IMG/VR virus record: IMGVR_UViG_3300032242_000550
Location: 32,001-96,000 of that record
Origin: a virus
Strand: one strand, 5' to 3'
DNA: 64,000 bases
Position 1 is the stretch's first letter. Every line of letters begins with the position of its first letter. A model generated the notes under the pieces. It was not told the DNA's origin, searched no databases, and saw only the letters and a list, made by a program, of their open reading frames with translations. Both the position numbers and the translations under genes were made by a program. This document shows, piece by piece, positions 1-10,186 of the stretch.

Positions 1-124
1 ATTCATTGATTATCCAAAAGTGTTCGGTGGTACATTGATTTCTAGCATGTGCCAAATCAATTGCATGTTTTTCTCTTGGGTGTGCGTTGGGTTTATTACC
101 GTAATAAAATACATCTCTAAGCAT
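1..124 (-). CDS. 5' part of a gene running off the window (MLRDVFYYGNKPNAHPREKHAIDLAHARNQCTTEHFWIINE...), probable GT-like phage protein
   Basis: Hand translation from ATG at 124, open to the window edge. A late-type ATAAGTA lies 5 nt upstream. AHA..CTTEHFWII resembles AHKAA..SDTERFILI of the 11824-12777 protein. Confidence 0.65.
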   Translation of the reverse strand, partial: MLRDVFYYGNKPNAHPREKHAIDLAHARNQCTTEHFWIINE

Positions 125-180
125 TACTATACTTATTAATGATTGTACATCTTCTAAACTTTCCTACACACAAACTATGA

Positions 181-188
181 TATAAATA
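181..188 (+). promoter_or_regulatory. T4-type late promoter TATAAATA
   Basis: Exact T4 late consensus upstream of the ORF at 208. A gp55-like sigma is encoded in the window. Confidence 0.75.
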
Positions 189-207
189 ACTGTTTAGGAA
201 TACAATA

Positions 208-1269
208 GTGAGTGAATATACCAATTATGAATTTACCCCGGGCAAACCAATCAGAACTTATAATACAAATGGTACATGGAGAGATTGGAGCACCGATGAA
301 TTAGTAGGTGCAAAATTAAACTATCTTACTGGATGGAAATGTGGTGCGGGTGTTGATAGTTTATTCATTGATATGGATGGTGGTGTGTGGACTGCTAGCT
401 GTCGTGTAGGTGGCAACTTGGGTAGTGTTTGGGACGACTTTGTAGTGCCAGAAGATTGGATAGATTGTACTAAAAACGTCTGTAGTTGTGGTGCTGACTT
501 ATTCATACCCAAAACTAGTGTTATAGAATTTAAACCGTTATTACGTAAAGGTCAAGGATTAGATGCTCAACCTGAATTACGTAATGATAACTTAACAGAA
601 TATGTTGCTATGGAACGTACACATGCTAGTACACAGAAACAAATTTACTGGGAAATAGGTCGTAGATGTAACTATGACTGTAGCTATTGCTGGCCATGGA
701 TACACAACAACACTGATCCACATAAATCATTAGAAGAACTAATGAAAGCTACACATTTGATTGAGAAAAAATTCACTAAGGGTGAAAGTGTTAATTTCAT
801 TATCAGTGGTGGTGAACCAACTGTCAACAAAGATTTCTTAGATTGGTTACGTTACTTAAATGCATGTGGACATCATGTTAGTTTGCATAGTAATGGTAGT
901 CGTTTACCTGACTATTACAAAGAAGTTATACATTATGGTGACTTAAATCTTAGTGTACATTATGAATTCTATGATAGAAAGAAGTTTGTTAAGGTAGTTG
1001 AAGCTATTGCAAAAGAAAAAGCAGAAAATGGTGATTGCGGACATTTAGAAGTTAAGTTCATGATGGCACCACATAATCGTGATGAAACATTAAGTCTAGA
1101 AGCAGAATTAAAAGAACTACCATACTTTAGTGATTACTGTACATGGGCTATTGTTCCTATTCGCGGTGATTTGAATAACAAAACTAGTGCGCCTGATTCA
1201 GGATCGGGTAGTGAAGTTATGGTAGGTTATACTAAAGAAGATTATATTTTATTTGGCGATAGAAAATGA
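208..1269 (+). CDS. Radical SAM protein with N-terminal SPASM/twitch-like Cys domain (permuted order)
   Basis: CNYDCSYC motif, GGEP and SNGSR motifs; N-terminal WKCGAG..C.VGG..C.K..CSC domain; GTG start with AGGA SD. Confidence 0.9.
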   Translation: MSEYTNYEFTPGKPIRTYNTNGTWRDWSTDELVGAKLNYLTGWKCGAGVDSLFIDMDGGVWTASCRVGGNLGSVWDDFVVPEDWIDCTKNVCSCGADLFIPKTSVIEFKPLLRKGQGLDAQPELRNDNLTEYVAMERTHASTQKQIYWEIGRRCNYDCSYCWPWIHNNTDPHKSLEELMKATHLIEKKFTKGESVNFIISGGEPTVNKDFLDWLRYLNACGHHVSLHSNGSRLPDYYKEVIHYGDLNLSVHYEFYDRKKFVKVVEAIAKEKAENGDCGHLEVKFMMAPHNRDETLSLEAELKELPYFSDYCTWAIVPIRGDLNNKTSAPDSGSGSEVMVGYTKEDYILFGDRK

Positions 1270-2015
1270 AAATAGTATTAGTCACCGGAGGATTTGACCC
1301 ACTACATTCAGGTCATATTGAATACTTTAAGGCTGCAAAAAAGCTCGGAGATAAACTAATTGTTGGGTTGAATAGTGATGCATGGTTAGCTCGTAAAAAG
1401 GGTCAACCATTCATGCCCTACACCGAACGTATGTCAATCATTGAGAATTTAGTAATGGTAGAACATTGTGTCATTTTCAACGATGATGATGGATCTAGCA
1501 TTCAGGCTATACATAATGTAAAGATGATGTATCCAGATGCAGATATTATCTTTGCAAATGGTGGTGATAGGACAGCTACAAACATTCCCGAAATGTGTGT
1601 TAAAGATGTTGAATTTGTATTTGGTGTGGGTGGTAGTAATAAAAAGAACAGTAGCAGTTGGATATTAGAAGAATGGAAAAGTCCTAAAACAATACGACCC
1701 TGGGGTTATTATCGTGTGTTACATGAAGTTCCGGGTATGAAGGTTAAAGAACTTACAGTTGACTCAGGATCTAGTTTAAGTATGCAACGACACGAATATC
1801 GTGCAGAGTATTGGATTGTCTCAGAGGGTGAGGCTACAGTATATTGGGACAAGTATAGCAATACAAAACTAACGAAACATAGTTCAGAAGTCATACAAAA
1901 ACAAGAATGGCATAGATTAGTTAATGAAACATCTATGCCACTAAAGCTTGTTGAAATTCAATACGGAGAACAATGTATTGAAGAAGATATAATAAGATCA
2001 GATTACAAGCGTTAA
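1266..2015 (+). CDS. Cytidylyltransferase-like (HxGH) domain fused to mannose-6-phosphate isomerase-type cupin
   Basis: GGFDPLHSGH, GLNSD and ANGGDR in the N-half; RPWGYY, SLSMQRH..RAEYW and WHRL..LVEIQYG in the C-half. Confidence 0.85.
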   Translation: MKIVLVTGGFDPLHSGHIEYFKAAKKLGDKLIVGLNSDAWLARKKGQPFMPYTERMSIIENLVMVEHCVIFNDDDGSSIQAIHNVKMMYPDADIIFANGGDRTATNIPEMCVKDVEFVFGVGGSNKKNSSSWILEEWKSPKTIRPWGYYRVLHEVPGMKVKELTVDSGSSLSMQRHEYRAEYWIVSEGEATVYWDKYSNTKLTKHSSEVIQKQEWHRLVNETSMPLKLVEIQYGEQCIEEDIIRSDYKR

Positions 2016-2744
2016 GCTATAATCTTCTGGTAATATATTATATTCTTTTAGCATATTAATTTTCATCTCTTTATGAAGGTTTTCCCAAACATGCCATCTT
2101 TCTTCCCACTCTTTTAAAGATTTTATTAAGTCATTAATGGAAGGTAAAAAATCAATATGAGTAGGACGAGAAATATTTGGATTACATAAGTTTCCTAAGA
2201 AGTTTAAGCTTATATTATTTTCTAAATAAAAGTCTCGCAAGTCAGTATGGTTATTCATTACTGTTGCTTTTTGATATCTTGTACAATAAATCTTAAAAAC
2301 ATTCATTGACATAATTTGAAAGGTGTCTGATATTCCCATGCTAACTGTATTATCAGCCGTAATTAATGATTCCCATATAATATGTAATGACCCATTATAA
2401 TTAAAATTATTATTTACTCTCATGAAGGGTACGATATCAGGTCTAGTCTCAATAACTATATCATAATCATTATATATAAAATTATTGGATATACATTTAC
2501 ATAGCCAACTAGGACCTTGAGAACCGTTATAATGTTTATCTGTACTAACTTTGAGAAATTTTATTAAGTTTTGTCCCTTAAAACTATCTATTATTCTATC
2601 CTCATCTAAACCAGGTATATCCCAAGTTACAAAATAATAATCTACTGATTTAGCAAGTTTACTATAATCTTTAAACACATATTCTTTAATTTGATGCCAG
2701 GTTCTTACATGACCTCTTAATACAACTGCGATTCTATCAAACAT
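1998..2744 (-). CDS. Hypothetical protein, putative glycosyltransferase-like
   Basis: IAVVLRGHVRT N-terminus and RPD motif seen in phage/capsule-cluster GT-like proteins; operon context. Confidence 0.5.
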   Translation of the reverse strand: MFDRIAVVLRGHVRTWHQIKEYVFKDYSKLAKSVDYYFVTWDIPGLDEDRIIDSFKGQNLIKFLKVSTDKHYNGSQGPSWLCKCISNNFIYNDYDIVIETRPDIVPFMRVNNNFNYNGSLHIIWESLITADNTVSMGISDTFQIMSMNVFKIYCTRYQKATVMNNHTDLRDFYLENNISLNFLGNLCNPNISRPTHIDFLPSINDLIKSLKEWEERWHVWENLHKEMKINMLKEYNILPEDYSLTLVI

Positions 2745-3189
2745 TTAAGTCCTTAATTTTATTAATATAATCGGTACATACTCCATAACATTTGGCATTT
2801 TTAACTATAGCTAACGTTGGATCAATATTTTCTGGTAGAACCATAATACTAGTGGTTCTTAAGTCTTGTCCGGGATAAGTCCAAATAAACCCTTTACTGG
2901 TTAATGTGAAATCATCTGTTTGATGCCAAAAGTAGTTGAAATTGGTATTGGTTAAATAATATAAAGCACTTAGATTTTTTGCATGAATCCATAAATTAGT
3001 ATTTGATAAAAAGTCATGTGATATTTTATATTGAGGGAAATCATGACCTAAATATAAATGAGAATCGTTTACCCATAGATCCACTTCGCAATCTATACCC
3101 AGATCGCAAACAGTACGTATTTGTTCAGGGTGATTTTCAATAGTCTCATCCGGTCCGTTGAGTAAACCTCTATGTGCAATTAGTTTCAT
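2737..3189 (-). CDS. Small glycerophosphodiester phosphodiesterase (GDPD/PI-PLC-like) family protein
   Basis: IAHRG, ExD (CEVDLW), LGHD, WIHAKN and CTDY motifs. Confidence 0.8.
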   Translation of the reverse strand: MKLIAHRGLLNGPDETIENHPEQIRTVCDLGIDCEVDLWVNDSHLYLGHDFPQYKISHDFLSNTNLWIHAKNLSALYYLTNTNFNYFWHQTDDFTLTSKGFIWTYPGQDLRTTSIMVLPENIDPTLAIVKNAKCYGVCTDYINKIKDLNV

Positions 3190-4553
3190 TTTTTATGGTT
3201 CTTTAAAAATGTATCTAAGTCTTCCGGAGTGCCTATACCCCACATGTTTTCAACACGTTTAACTTTAATCTTTTTCCCGTCATCAATTGCTTCATTAAAC
3301 ACCGGACATACATAAAACTCATTGTTAACTCGTATATCTTTGTCAATCATTTGTTCAGCATATTTAACATAATCACTACCTCTTTTCCAATAGTAAATGC
3401 CCACTGTTGCCTCATTACTGATAACTTTTTTCTCTGCTACTGTATTTACGAACCCATCAACTCCCACCTTAGCATAACTCCATTTGGGATGTGTTGATTC
3501 AAATGTCAATATTCCACCATCAATTTCATCGGCGGTAAATGCATACATACATTCATTACTATTCCAATCTATATATTGGTCACTGTTAGCCATAATTAAA
3601 GGTCTATCATTATTAATAAATTCTTTAGCTAATAATGTTGAACAGGCAGCACCTTCTGTAATTCCATTAACCTGTACTATATCACAATTTGGGGCAATAA
3701 GGTTTAACAAGTAATTTAATTTATACTTTTCATAATGTTCCTGTTGAACAATGAAAATATAATGTGCTTCTATGTTTAAATTTTCTACCACTACTTGGAT
3801 CATTGGTTTACCATTAACTTCTATTAATGGTTTGGGGAAAGTATAACCCTGTTGTGCAAATCTACTACCGGCGCCTGCCATTGGTATTAGTACATTTAAT
3901 CTGCTATCTTTCCATGGCACAGAGGTAGTAACTAGTTGAGAATTCATTTTTTGTAAATGTGTATTTATTTTATCCCAAGTCAGGTCAGTTGAATTTTCTA
4001 CTGCTAATAATGATGCCCCACTATCTAATACTGCTTGTCTTCCAATATGACTATCTTCTATTATTAGTGTGTTTTTTGGTAATTCGTTTAATGCTGTCAT
4101 GCATTTCCAATACATTTCTGGAAATGGCTTTGGATGCTGAACATCCTGATTACTGACATAATAATCAACATACTCTATAACACCTATCTTAAGTAAACTA
4201 AGCTTAACTGTTTCCCTAATACTATTACTAGCAACTGCTATTGAACATCCAATGGATTTAAGTTTAACAAATATATCTATTAGTTTTTCATCAACACTAA
4301 ATGTTTTAATAAGTTGAGTTGTAGCAATTTGCTTACGTTGCCATACTATGTCATAAAATTCTTCTGGCAATCCTTTTGCTTTTGATAATAGTTTTAATTT
4401 CTTAGAGGTACTTAATCCATCATAGATGGATAGATGTTCATCTCTATTAATTACATATTTAGGGTCTATACTGAGTAAAGCGTTATTAAGACTGATGTAG
4501 TGTAATTCACGGCTTTCAATTAATACTCCATCTAAATCAAATATTATTAGCAT
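3186..4553 (-). CDS. HAD-family phosphatase fused to sugar/alcohol-phosphate nucleotidyltransferase
   Basis: FDLDGVL, ASNS, KP.P and IEDS HAD motifs; IPMAGAGSRF..PKPLI, NSDQ and GTPEDL NTP_transferase motifs. Confidence 0.9.
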   Translation of the reverse strand: MLIIFDLDGVLIESRELHYISLNNALLSIDPKYVINRDEHLSIYDGLSTSKKLKLLSKAKGLPEEFYDIVWQRKQIATTQLIKTFSVDEKLIDIFVKLKSIGCSIAVASNSIRETVKLSLLKIGVIEYVDYYVSNQDVQHPKPFPEMYWKCMTALNELPKNTLIIEDSHIGRQAVLDSGASLLAVENSTDLTWDKINTHLQKMNSQLVTTSVPWKDSRLNVLIPMAGAGSRFAQQGYTFPKPLIEVNGKPMIQVVVENLNIEAHYIFIVQQEHYEKYKLNYLLNLIAPNCDIVQVNGITEGAACSTLLAKEFINNDRPLIMANSDQYIDWNSNECMYAFTADEIDGGILTFESTHPKWSYAKVGVDGFVNTVAEKKVISNEATVGIYYWKRGSDYVKYAEQMIDKDIRVNNEFYVCPVFNEAIDDGKKIKVKRVENMWGIGTPEDLDTFLKNHKK

Positions 4554-5113
4554 CTCTGTAAAATCATTAATAGTCTATCATTTGTGACTTTTTGCCAACC
4601 ATTATCTATCATTTTATTAATTTCATTGATAACATCAGGGCATTCCTGTCCATAGTCATGTGCCGCAAGATATCCACCAACTTTAACAAACTTACTCCAA
4701 AATTCTAAGTTAGTAGCTAAATTGGGGTTACCATGGTCTCCGTCTTCAAAGTATAAATCAATTTCTTTATCCCAGGTACTCGCACAAGCAGGACTATATC
4801 CTTCTATAAATTGTATATTGCTAAATCTATTGATGTTGTTTAGTAAATGTTGTTTGGATATTTTATCATTTAATACTTGTTCAACAATATATGTTTGTAC
4901 ATATTCATTGTAGGGTTCATTCCAATTGCTGCCATGGTCACAACAATCAAATGTTGTAATAATTGCATCCGGACGTGTTTCTGCTATTCGCACCGTTGAA
5001 CCACCTAAATAAGTACCTATCTCTACGATTGTAGGGTTGGGTGGTAAAAGTTTTGCTATCTGTAATAAACAATCTATCTCGGGAATTGCATGAATCTTTG
5101 AATAATCAATCAT
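4547..5113 (-). CDS. Class I SAM-dependent methyltransferase (Methyltransf_24-like)
   Basis: VEIGTYLGGST, DGDH and GGYLAAHDY motifs. Confidence 0.85.
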   Translation of the reverse strand: MIDYSKIHAIPEIDCLLQIAKLLPPNPTIVEIGTYLGGSTVRIAETRPDAIITTFDCCDHGSNWNEPYNEYVQTYIVEQVLNDKISKQHLLNNINRFSNIQFIEGYSPACASTWDKEIDLYFEDGDHGNPNLATNLEFWSKFVKVGGYLAAHDYGQECPDVINEINKMIDNGWQKVTNDRLLMILQRC

Positions 5114-6332
5114 TTTTAATCCTAGTATTACCGTAATGTATAACTTTACATCCTGTTATACTATCTATCGTACGCCACGGGTCTAAAATAACGCTACCGT
5201 GTTCTATATTAAAGTAGAATTGATTTGGTAATATCTCAACTCCAGTACCCGCATAAGTTACTGCAGGATTATGTGCCATTAAAATTACTGCACATCCTTG
5301 CCAAACATCATCAGTTAACGGGTCGGCATATGAAACTTTATGTCCTGCTTCTTCAACAAAATACCCAACCAATTCACTATAACTACCAATAGTATAGGGT
5401 ACATATGGCTTATATGCTCGTCCATGAATTACAATAGGTAATTTGTGTTCAACAGATAGATTAACTAATTTTAATGCTAGATTCTTAGCTTGTTGGTCTC
5501 TACTATGCATAACAGCATGAAACAAATCATATCCTAAATCTAAACGTTCTGCTAGATAGCGTAATGCAATATTATCTCTTGGATGACATGCTCCGGCATC
5601 ACCCATACCAGCAGTTAAATATCTTGGCCCTGTAATACGTTGTGTTGCGGCTTTCAATGCATCAGTAACTACATCTACATTGATATTGCCGTTCTTTTCC
5701 GCAACATCTTGTATCATATTCACCAAGCCAATCTTAGTACTAATAAACGTATTGTAAAATATCTTAATAGATTCAGCTTCATCCCATGTACCAATATTGA
5801 TTCTAGGATCGTTTGCCATTAATGGCTTATAAAAATCTACTAATAGTTTTGCATCACCGGTTTCACTACCATCACTAGTTCCAATGATAATACATTCTGG
5901 GTTAACCATATCCCATTTAACGCTTCCCATAGCTATCAAGTATGGATTATAAATGAATCGTGCATTGGTAATGCAAGGTTCTAAATGTTGTCGTACTGTT
6001 CCGGGAAGTACAGTAGAGATTAGTACTACCAATTGAGTTTTGTTAACATATTTGTTTATTTCAGTTAATACCTGCTGAACAATACTATAATCAAAATCTT
6101 TTGATGGTAAATCAGCGATTGGTTTACTACCACCATACATAGGATCGTGTGGTGTAGGCACTGCAACAAAGATTAAATCACGTCCGTTAACAGCTTCTTG
6201 TATCGTATCTGTTAACGGAATTTGACTATCGGGGTCTTTAACTACATCATATCCAACTATATTATAATGTTGGCTCATAACTTCTGCACACGGTAAACCT
6301 AATTTACCACAGCCAATCATTGCTACTTGCAT
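5106..6332 (-). CDS. ugd: UDP-glucose/GDP-mannose dehydrogenase family protein
   Basis: GCGKLG Rossmann motif, VPTP, STVLPGT, AESIKIFYN and catalytic GACHPRD. Confidence 0.9.
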   Translation of the reverse strand: MQVAMIGCGKLGLPCAEVMSQHYNIVGYDVVKDPDSQIPLTDTIQEAVNGRDLIFVAVPTPHDPMYGGSKPIADLPSKDFDYSIVQQVLTEINKYVNKTQLVVLISTVLPGTVRQHLEPCITNARFIYNPYLIAMGSVKWDMVNPECIIIGTSDGSETGDAKLLVDFYKPLMANDPRINIGTWDEAESIKIFYNTFISTKIGLVNMIQDVAEKNGNINVDVVTDALKAATQRITGPRYLTAGMGDAGACHPRDNIALRYLAERLDLGYDLFHAVMHSRDQQAKNLALKLVNLSVEHKLPIVIHGRAYKPYVPYTIGSYSELVGYFVEEAGHKVSYADPLTDDVWQGCAVILMAHNPAVTYAGTGVEILPNQFYFNIEHGSVILDPWRTIDSITGCKVIHYGNTRIKND

Positions 6333-7594
6333 AACTTTTCCTTAATAAAATCTACTACTTCTTGCTCTGGTCTACGTGACATTAGCAAGTTATAATTATG
6401 TTCTAGTATATATTTGTTTTCTTGTATTAGGTTAAATAACTGTTCTGTGGTATATTTACTAGATATATCTTCTACTAACTTAACTATTTTATCCATTCTT
6501 TTATGACAATCAAATTCTTCATCATAACTTTCATCCCATAATGTATCAAACGTTTTATATCCCAAACTACGTAAACGTTTTAATATATAAGGATTGCCTA
6601 TTACAATAAAGGGCATACCCAATGATAATGGTTTAAATGTTTTTTCTGTTAAAAACAGATTACTTGAATCTGAGGAAAATAATGTTTCTGTTGTTATGAA
6701 TATCAAATTCTTAGCTGAGAAATTATATTTTATATTATCCCAATGATTACTACTAAAGTCAGAGGTGTCAAGTACCCATGGTAAAGAACTTAACATTTCT
6801 GCAAAATCAGTATTATCTTTAATCTTATCAATAAACTGATTATTGTTATAGCTAACAATTTCATCTATAGAACGTACATCTTTTAAACTGGCATTAAAGT
6901 CCGTTAGTAACTTTTTATTATACATTTGATACATGAAATAATATCTAAGTTCTCTTGGAATACGATTCAAACATAAAAACTTTTTTAAATTAGGACTATT
7001 TATGTCGCTACTTGACGGTTGTTTAGTTGTGGTCATTCGCATCGCAGTTTCAAAATATTGCCAGGTAATCATTTTTATTTCATTATCAACAATATCATTG
7101 TTCATATTACCCGATATCAAAACTACATTACGTGTGTTAATAGATGCTTTAGCTAATTTATCCTTTAATAAAACATAGTAGTCTTGTGTATAATAATCAC
7201 TTTCATGTGCATCATTTAACACTAATAAACATTGTCCTGAGTTTACCGCATTAATTAATCCAATTGGCAGATGCTCAAAGAAGTTATAATTATCGGGTAT
7301 ACCCTTAATACCGTTACGTGAATGAAGATTACGCACAGTATTACCCAAATATCTAAATGTCAAAACATACACAAAGGGTTCACTAGTAGATAAAGCTTCA
7401 TGCATTGTAATAGCTTTAGTTGGTATATTGTTTTTTTCTAATACAGTTTGTAATGGGGCATGATAGTCATAATAACATTCTTCAAAAATGCCATTCATAG
7501 GGTAATATTTATTATCATATGAATTTATATGCCAACGCCACGTGGGCTGATAGTCTGCTACTATACCATCATATGCAAAATTAATTGGATTCAT
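6323..7594 (-). CDS. Putative glycosyltransferase (GT-B, GT10-like C-terminus)
   Basis: FLCLNR and ITTET..FLTEKTFKPL..G.PF..G motif similar to the fucosyltransferase nucleotide-sugar-binding segment. Confidence 0.55.
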   Translation of the reverse strand: MNPINFAYDGIVADYQPTWRWHINSYDNKYYPMNGIFEECYYDYHAPLQTVLEKNNIPTKAITMHEALSTSEPFVYVLTFRYLGNTVRNLHSRNGIKGIPDNYNFFEHLPIGLINAVNSGQCLLVLNDAHESDYYTQDYYVLLKDKLAKASINTRNVVLISGNMNNDIVDNEIKMITWQYFETAMRMTTTKQPSSSDINSPNLKKFLCLNRIPRELRYYFMYQMYNKKLLTDFNASLKDVRSIDEIVSYNNNQFIDKIKDNTDFAEMLSSLPWVLDTSDFSSNHWDNIKYNFSAKNLIFITTETLFSSDSSNLFLTEKTFKPLSLGMPFIVIGNPYILKRLRSLGYKTFDTLWDESYDEEFDCHKRMDKIVKLVEDISSKYTTEQLFNLIQENKYILEHNYNLLMSRRPEQEVVDFIKEKLCK

Positions 7595-8798
7595 TTAATA
7601 AACTCCAATACTCAGGGAATGTTGTTGCAAAAGATTCATTACGATAGTCATCATGTAAATTGGTTACTTTAATAAATTCAGCTAAATTATCACTTGATCC
7701 TTCATTATCTAACATAAAAGCCAAGACTTCTTTAATACCAAATATTTCTTGTACATATGATAATGAATGTGCATCTAATTTTTCAACCTTAGCTTTGATA
7801 ATATTCTTAATATTAGTGGGTAAATTCTTAATGGACATCTTGTCTGGCCAATGTAATAGATTGAATTTTAAGTTTAATTTGAGATTTTCTGCATTAAACT
7901 TTATTAATTCATCAATATAAAATATATTGTACATACTTATGGTACAGTATAAACTCATTGATACATTAGATTTACTATTAGCTTGGTATTTCTTTATATT
8001 ACTTACTACCTCATCCCACTTAGCAGGATGACGTTGATATTCAAATCTAGGACCAATATCATCTAAACTTATGTTAAATTCAACCAATGCCATTTTATCC
8101 CAAACTTGTGATACAGCCTCATCATATATAGTTCCATTGGTATTGTAAAACAGTTCAATATCTAATTTTCTTATATCTGGATAGTTAGATAGCATTTCCA
8201 TAATTCTAGCATGTTCTGGTTGCATTAACGGTTCGCCACCATAAAATTCAATAATATGTAGATCTGGTATAAGTTCTTTAAACGTTTCAAAGTTCAGTTC
8301 ATTTTTAATAAACTTACGTTCTGCATACTTACTGAATATCTTAATAGTATGTTCGTGGTATTCACCTGTATCTAATGATTCTTTCAACCAATTAGAACTA
8401 CAGTATGGTCCACATATTCTACATTTTAAATTGCATAGACTGCTAAACTTTAAATCCATTGTGATAATTTTAGGATCTTGGTATCTAACAGGATACTTAT
8501 GTCCTTTATGACGATGCCATTTAGATACGTTTTCTCTATGTTGACGTAGACTGGTAATTCCAGCTGATTCTTCATCCCAACAGGCTTTACATGCTTCAGG
8601 CTCAACACCATTTAAAAAATCATTTCTAATTTTTTCCATTGCAGGCTGATAGAATAATTCTTGTATAGTCTTATCATGCAATGTTTCTGTATCAATCTCT
8701 GTATCTACTTTGTTAAGATTATACTTACAGCAAGGTGATACAGAACCACTAGGATTTAATACTATATTTGAGAAAGGAAATAAACACTTACGAGACAT
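7581..8798 (-). CDS. Radical SAM protein with N-terminal twitch/SPASM-like domain
   Basis: CNLKCRIC, GGEP and TNGT motifs; N-terminal C..P..G..PCC..C..CW..E..SLR. Confidence 0.9.
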   Translation of the reverse strand: MSRKCLFPFSNIVLNPSGSVSPCCKYNLNKVDTEIDTETLHDKTIQELFYQPAMEKIRNDFLNGVEPEACKACWDEESAGITSLRQHRENVSKWHRHKGHKYPVRYQDPKIITMDLKFSSLCNLKCRICGPYCSSNWLKESLDTGEYHEHTIKIFSKYAERKFIKNELNFETFKELIPDLHIIEFYGGEPLMQPEHARIMEMLSNYPDIRKLDIELFYNTNGTIYDEAVSQVWDKMALVEFNISLDDIGPRFEYQRHPAKWDEVVSNIKKYQANSKSNVSMSLYCTISMYNIFYIDELIKFNAENLKLNLKFNLLHWPDKMSIKNLPTNIKNIIKAKVEKLDAHSLSYVQEIFGIKEVLAFMLDNEGSSDNLAEFIKVTNLHDDYRNESFATTFPEYWSLLNESN

Positions 8799-10186
8799 TA
8801 AACAGCCTTACACATGTTGTAAAATTCAGTATATTCAGGGAAAGTATCTGTAAACTTCATACTTCTACGTACATCAAAATCATCAAACCACATCCAAAAT
8901 AATCGTCTTTGTTGATCTCTATCCATAGTGTTAGTTTTTATACTTTCACTTAAGGTACGTATAAAATCCATAAATTCAATCCATCTACCATATTTGTCTG
9001 GTACTAATGGCATAATATCTTTCTTAGTATCCATGTACTCTATACATTCATCAATATACTTTGCGAAATCAGGTGTCAATATAGATGGACTTTGATGGCT
9101 AGGGAACGTCACTACACTCTGTTTAATAGCAACTGGTCGTCCATGTTTATGATATAAACTTTCAGCATACATTACAAAATCTTTAATACTAGATATACTC
9201 AATGCATTAATTGCAGGCATAAATCCAAATCCAAAGTCTAGTTCTTTATGGCTCAATACTTTGTCAATGTTACTAGTGAATCTATCCCACTTAATACCAT
9301 TACGTATATATTCTGCTCTTTCACCCACACTTTCCATACTAACTAATATCTCAACATCAAATACTTCACTTAGTTTAGGTAGATATGTTAAGAACTTATC
9401 CAAATAATTCTTTGGTGTATTCATGTTAGTAACTATCCAAAAACTTACTTTCTTGTCAGGGGCAATAGCTTGTTTACTTGCTAATAACTTATCAACAAAC
9501 GTATAGAATTCTGGCATGATAAGTGGTTCACCACCAATAATACCAATACGTGTACAATACTTAACACCTACAGTATCAAACCATTCCCAAAACTTTTCAT
9601 TGAATATATCAGGTGCTTTGGGGAATTCTCTATCATATTGTTCTTGCGAGATACGTCCTAATTTGATTTCTTCAGTAGCCCATTGTGTGCTGTAGTGATG
9701 GTTACAATACATACATTTCATATCACACGTATTACCCAAACTAATCTCTAACATATATGGATGATCTGATTTTAATTTAGGATCGTTTATATCAGTAATA
9801 TTCTGTAAGGTGTCTAAAAATACTTCTTCACTATACTGTTGTTCAGGAATCTGTTTACGCATAGTCATATGACGCCAATATGCTTCTGGTGTATGTCTTG
9901 GACTAGTCATACCACTATCTTCAATGTTCCAACATGTTTTACAGTCTTGTGTTTTTACACCTTGAATTAAATCTAAACGGCTTTGTAGCATCTTAGGACT
10001 ATTAAGAAATGCATCTATCCCATGCGTTTTTAGTTCATCTTCAGATACTTTATTACTAGGTGTTCTACAGCAACTACGAAATTCTCCCCTATCCATATTA
10101 AATATAGGATAGTTCCATTTCAAATCACATATGGTGTCTAACGGACTAAATCTCTCAGCAGAATTATATATCGGTATTGTTTTCAT
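8798..10186 (-). CDS. Radical SAM protein with N-terminal twitch/SPASM-like domain
   Basis: CDMKCMYC and GGEP motifs; N-terminal C..W..G..SCC..CKTCW..E..SPR; paralog of 7581-8798. Confidence 0.9.
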   Translation of the reverse strand: MKTIPIYNSAERFSPLDTICDLKWNYPIFNMDRGEFRSCCRTPSNKVSEDELKTHGIDAFLNSPKMLQSRLDLIQGVKTQDCKTCWNIEDSGMTSPRHTPEAYWRHMTMRKQIPEQQYSEEVFLDTLQNITDINDPKLKSDHPYMLEISLGNTCDMKCMYCNHHYSTQWATEEIKLGRISQEQYDREFPKAPDIFNEKFWEWFDTVGVKYCTRIGIIGGEPLIMPEFYTFVDKLLASKQAIAPDKKVSFWIVTNMNTPKNYLDKFLTYLPKLSEVFDVEILVSMESVGERAEYIRNGIKWDRFTSNIDKVLSHKELDFGFGFMPAINALSISSIKDFVMYAESLYHKHGRPVAIKQSVVTFPSHQSPSILTPDFAKYIDECIEYMDTKKDIMPLVPDKYGRWIEFMDFIRTLSESIKTNTMDRDQQRRLFWMWFDDFDVRRSMKFTDTFPEYTEFYNMCKAV

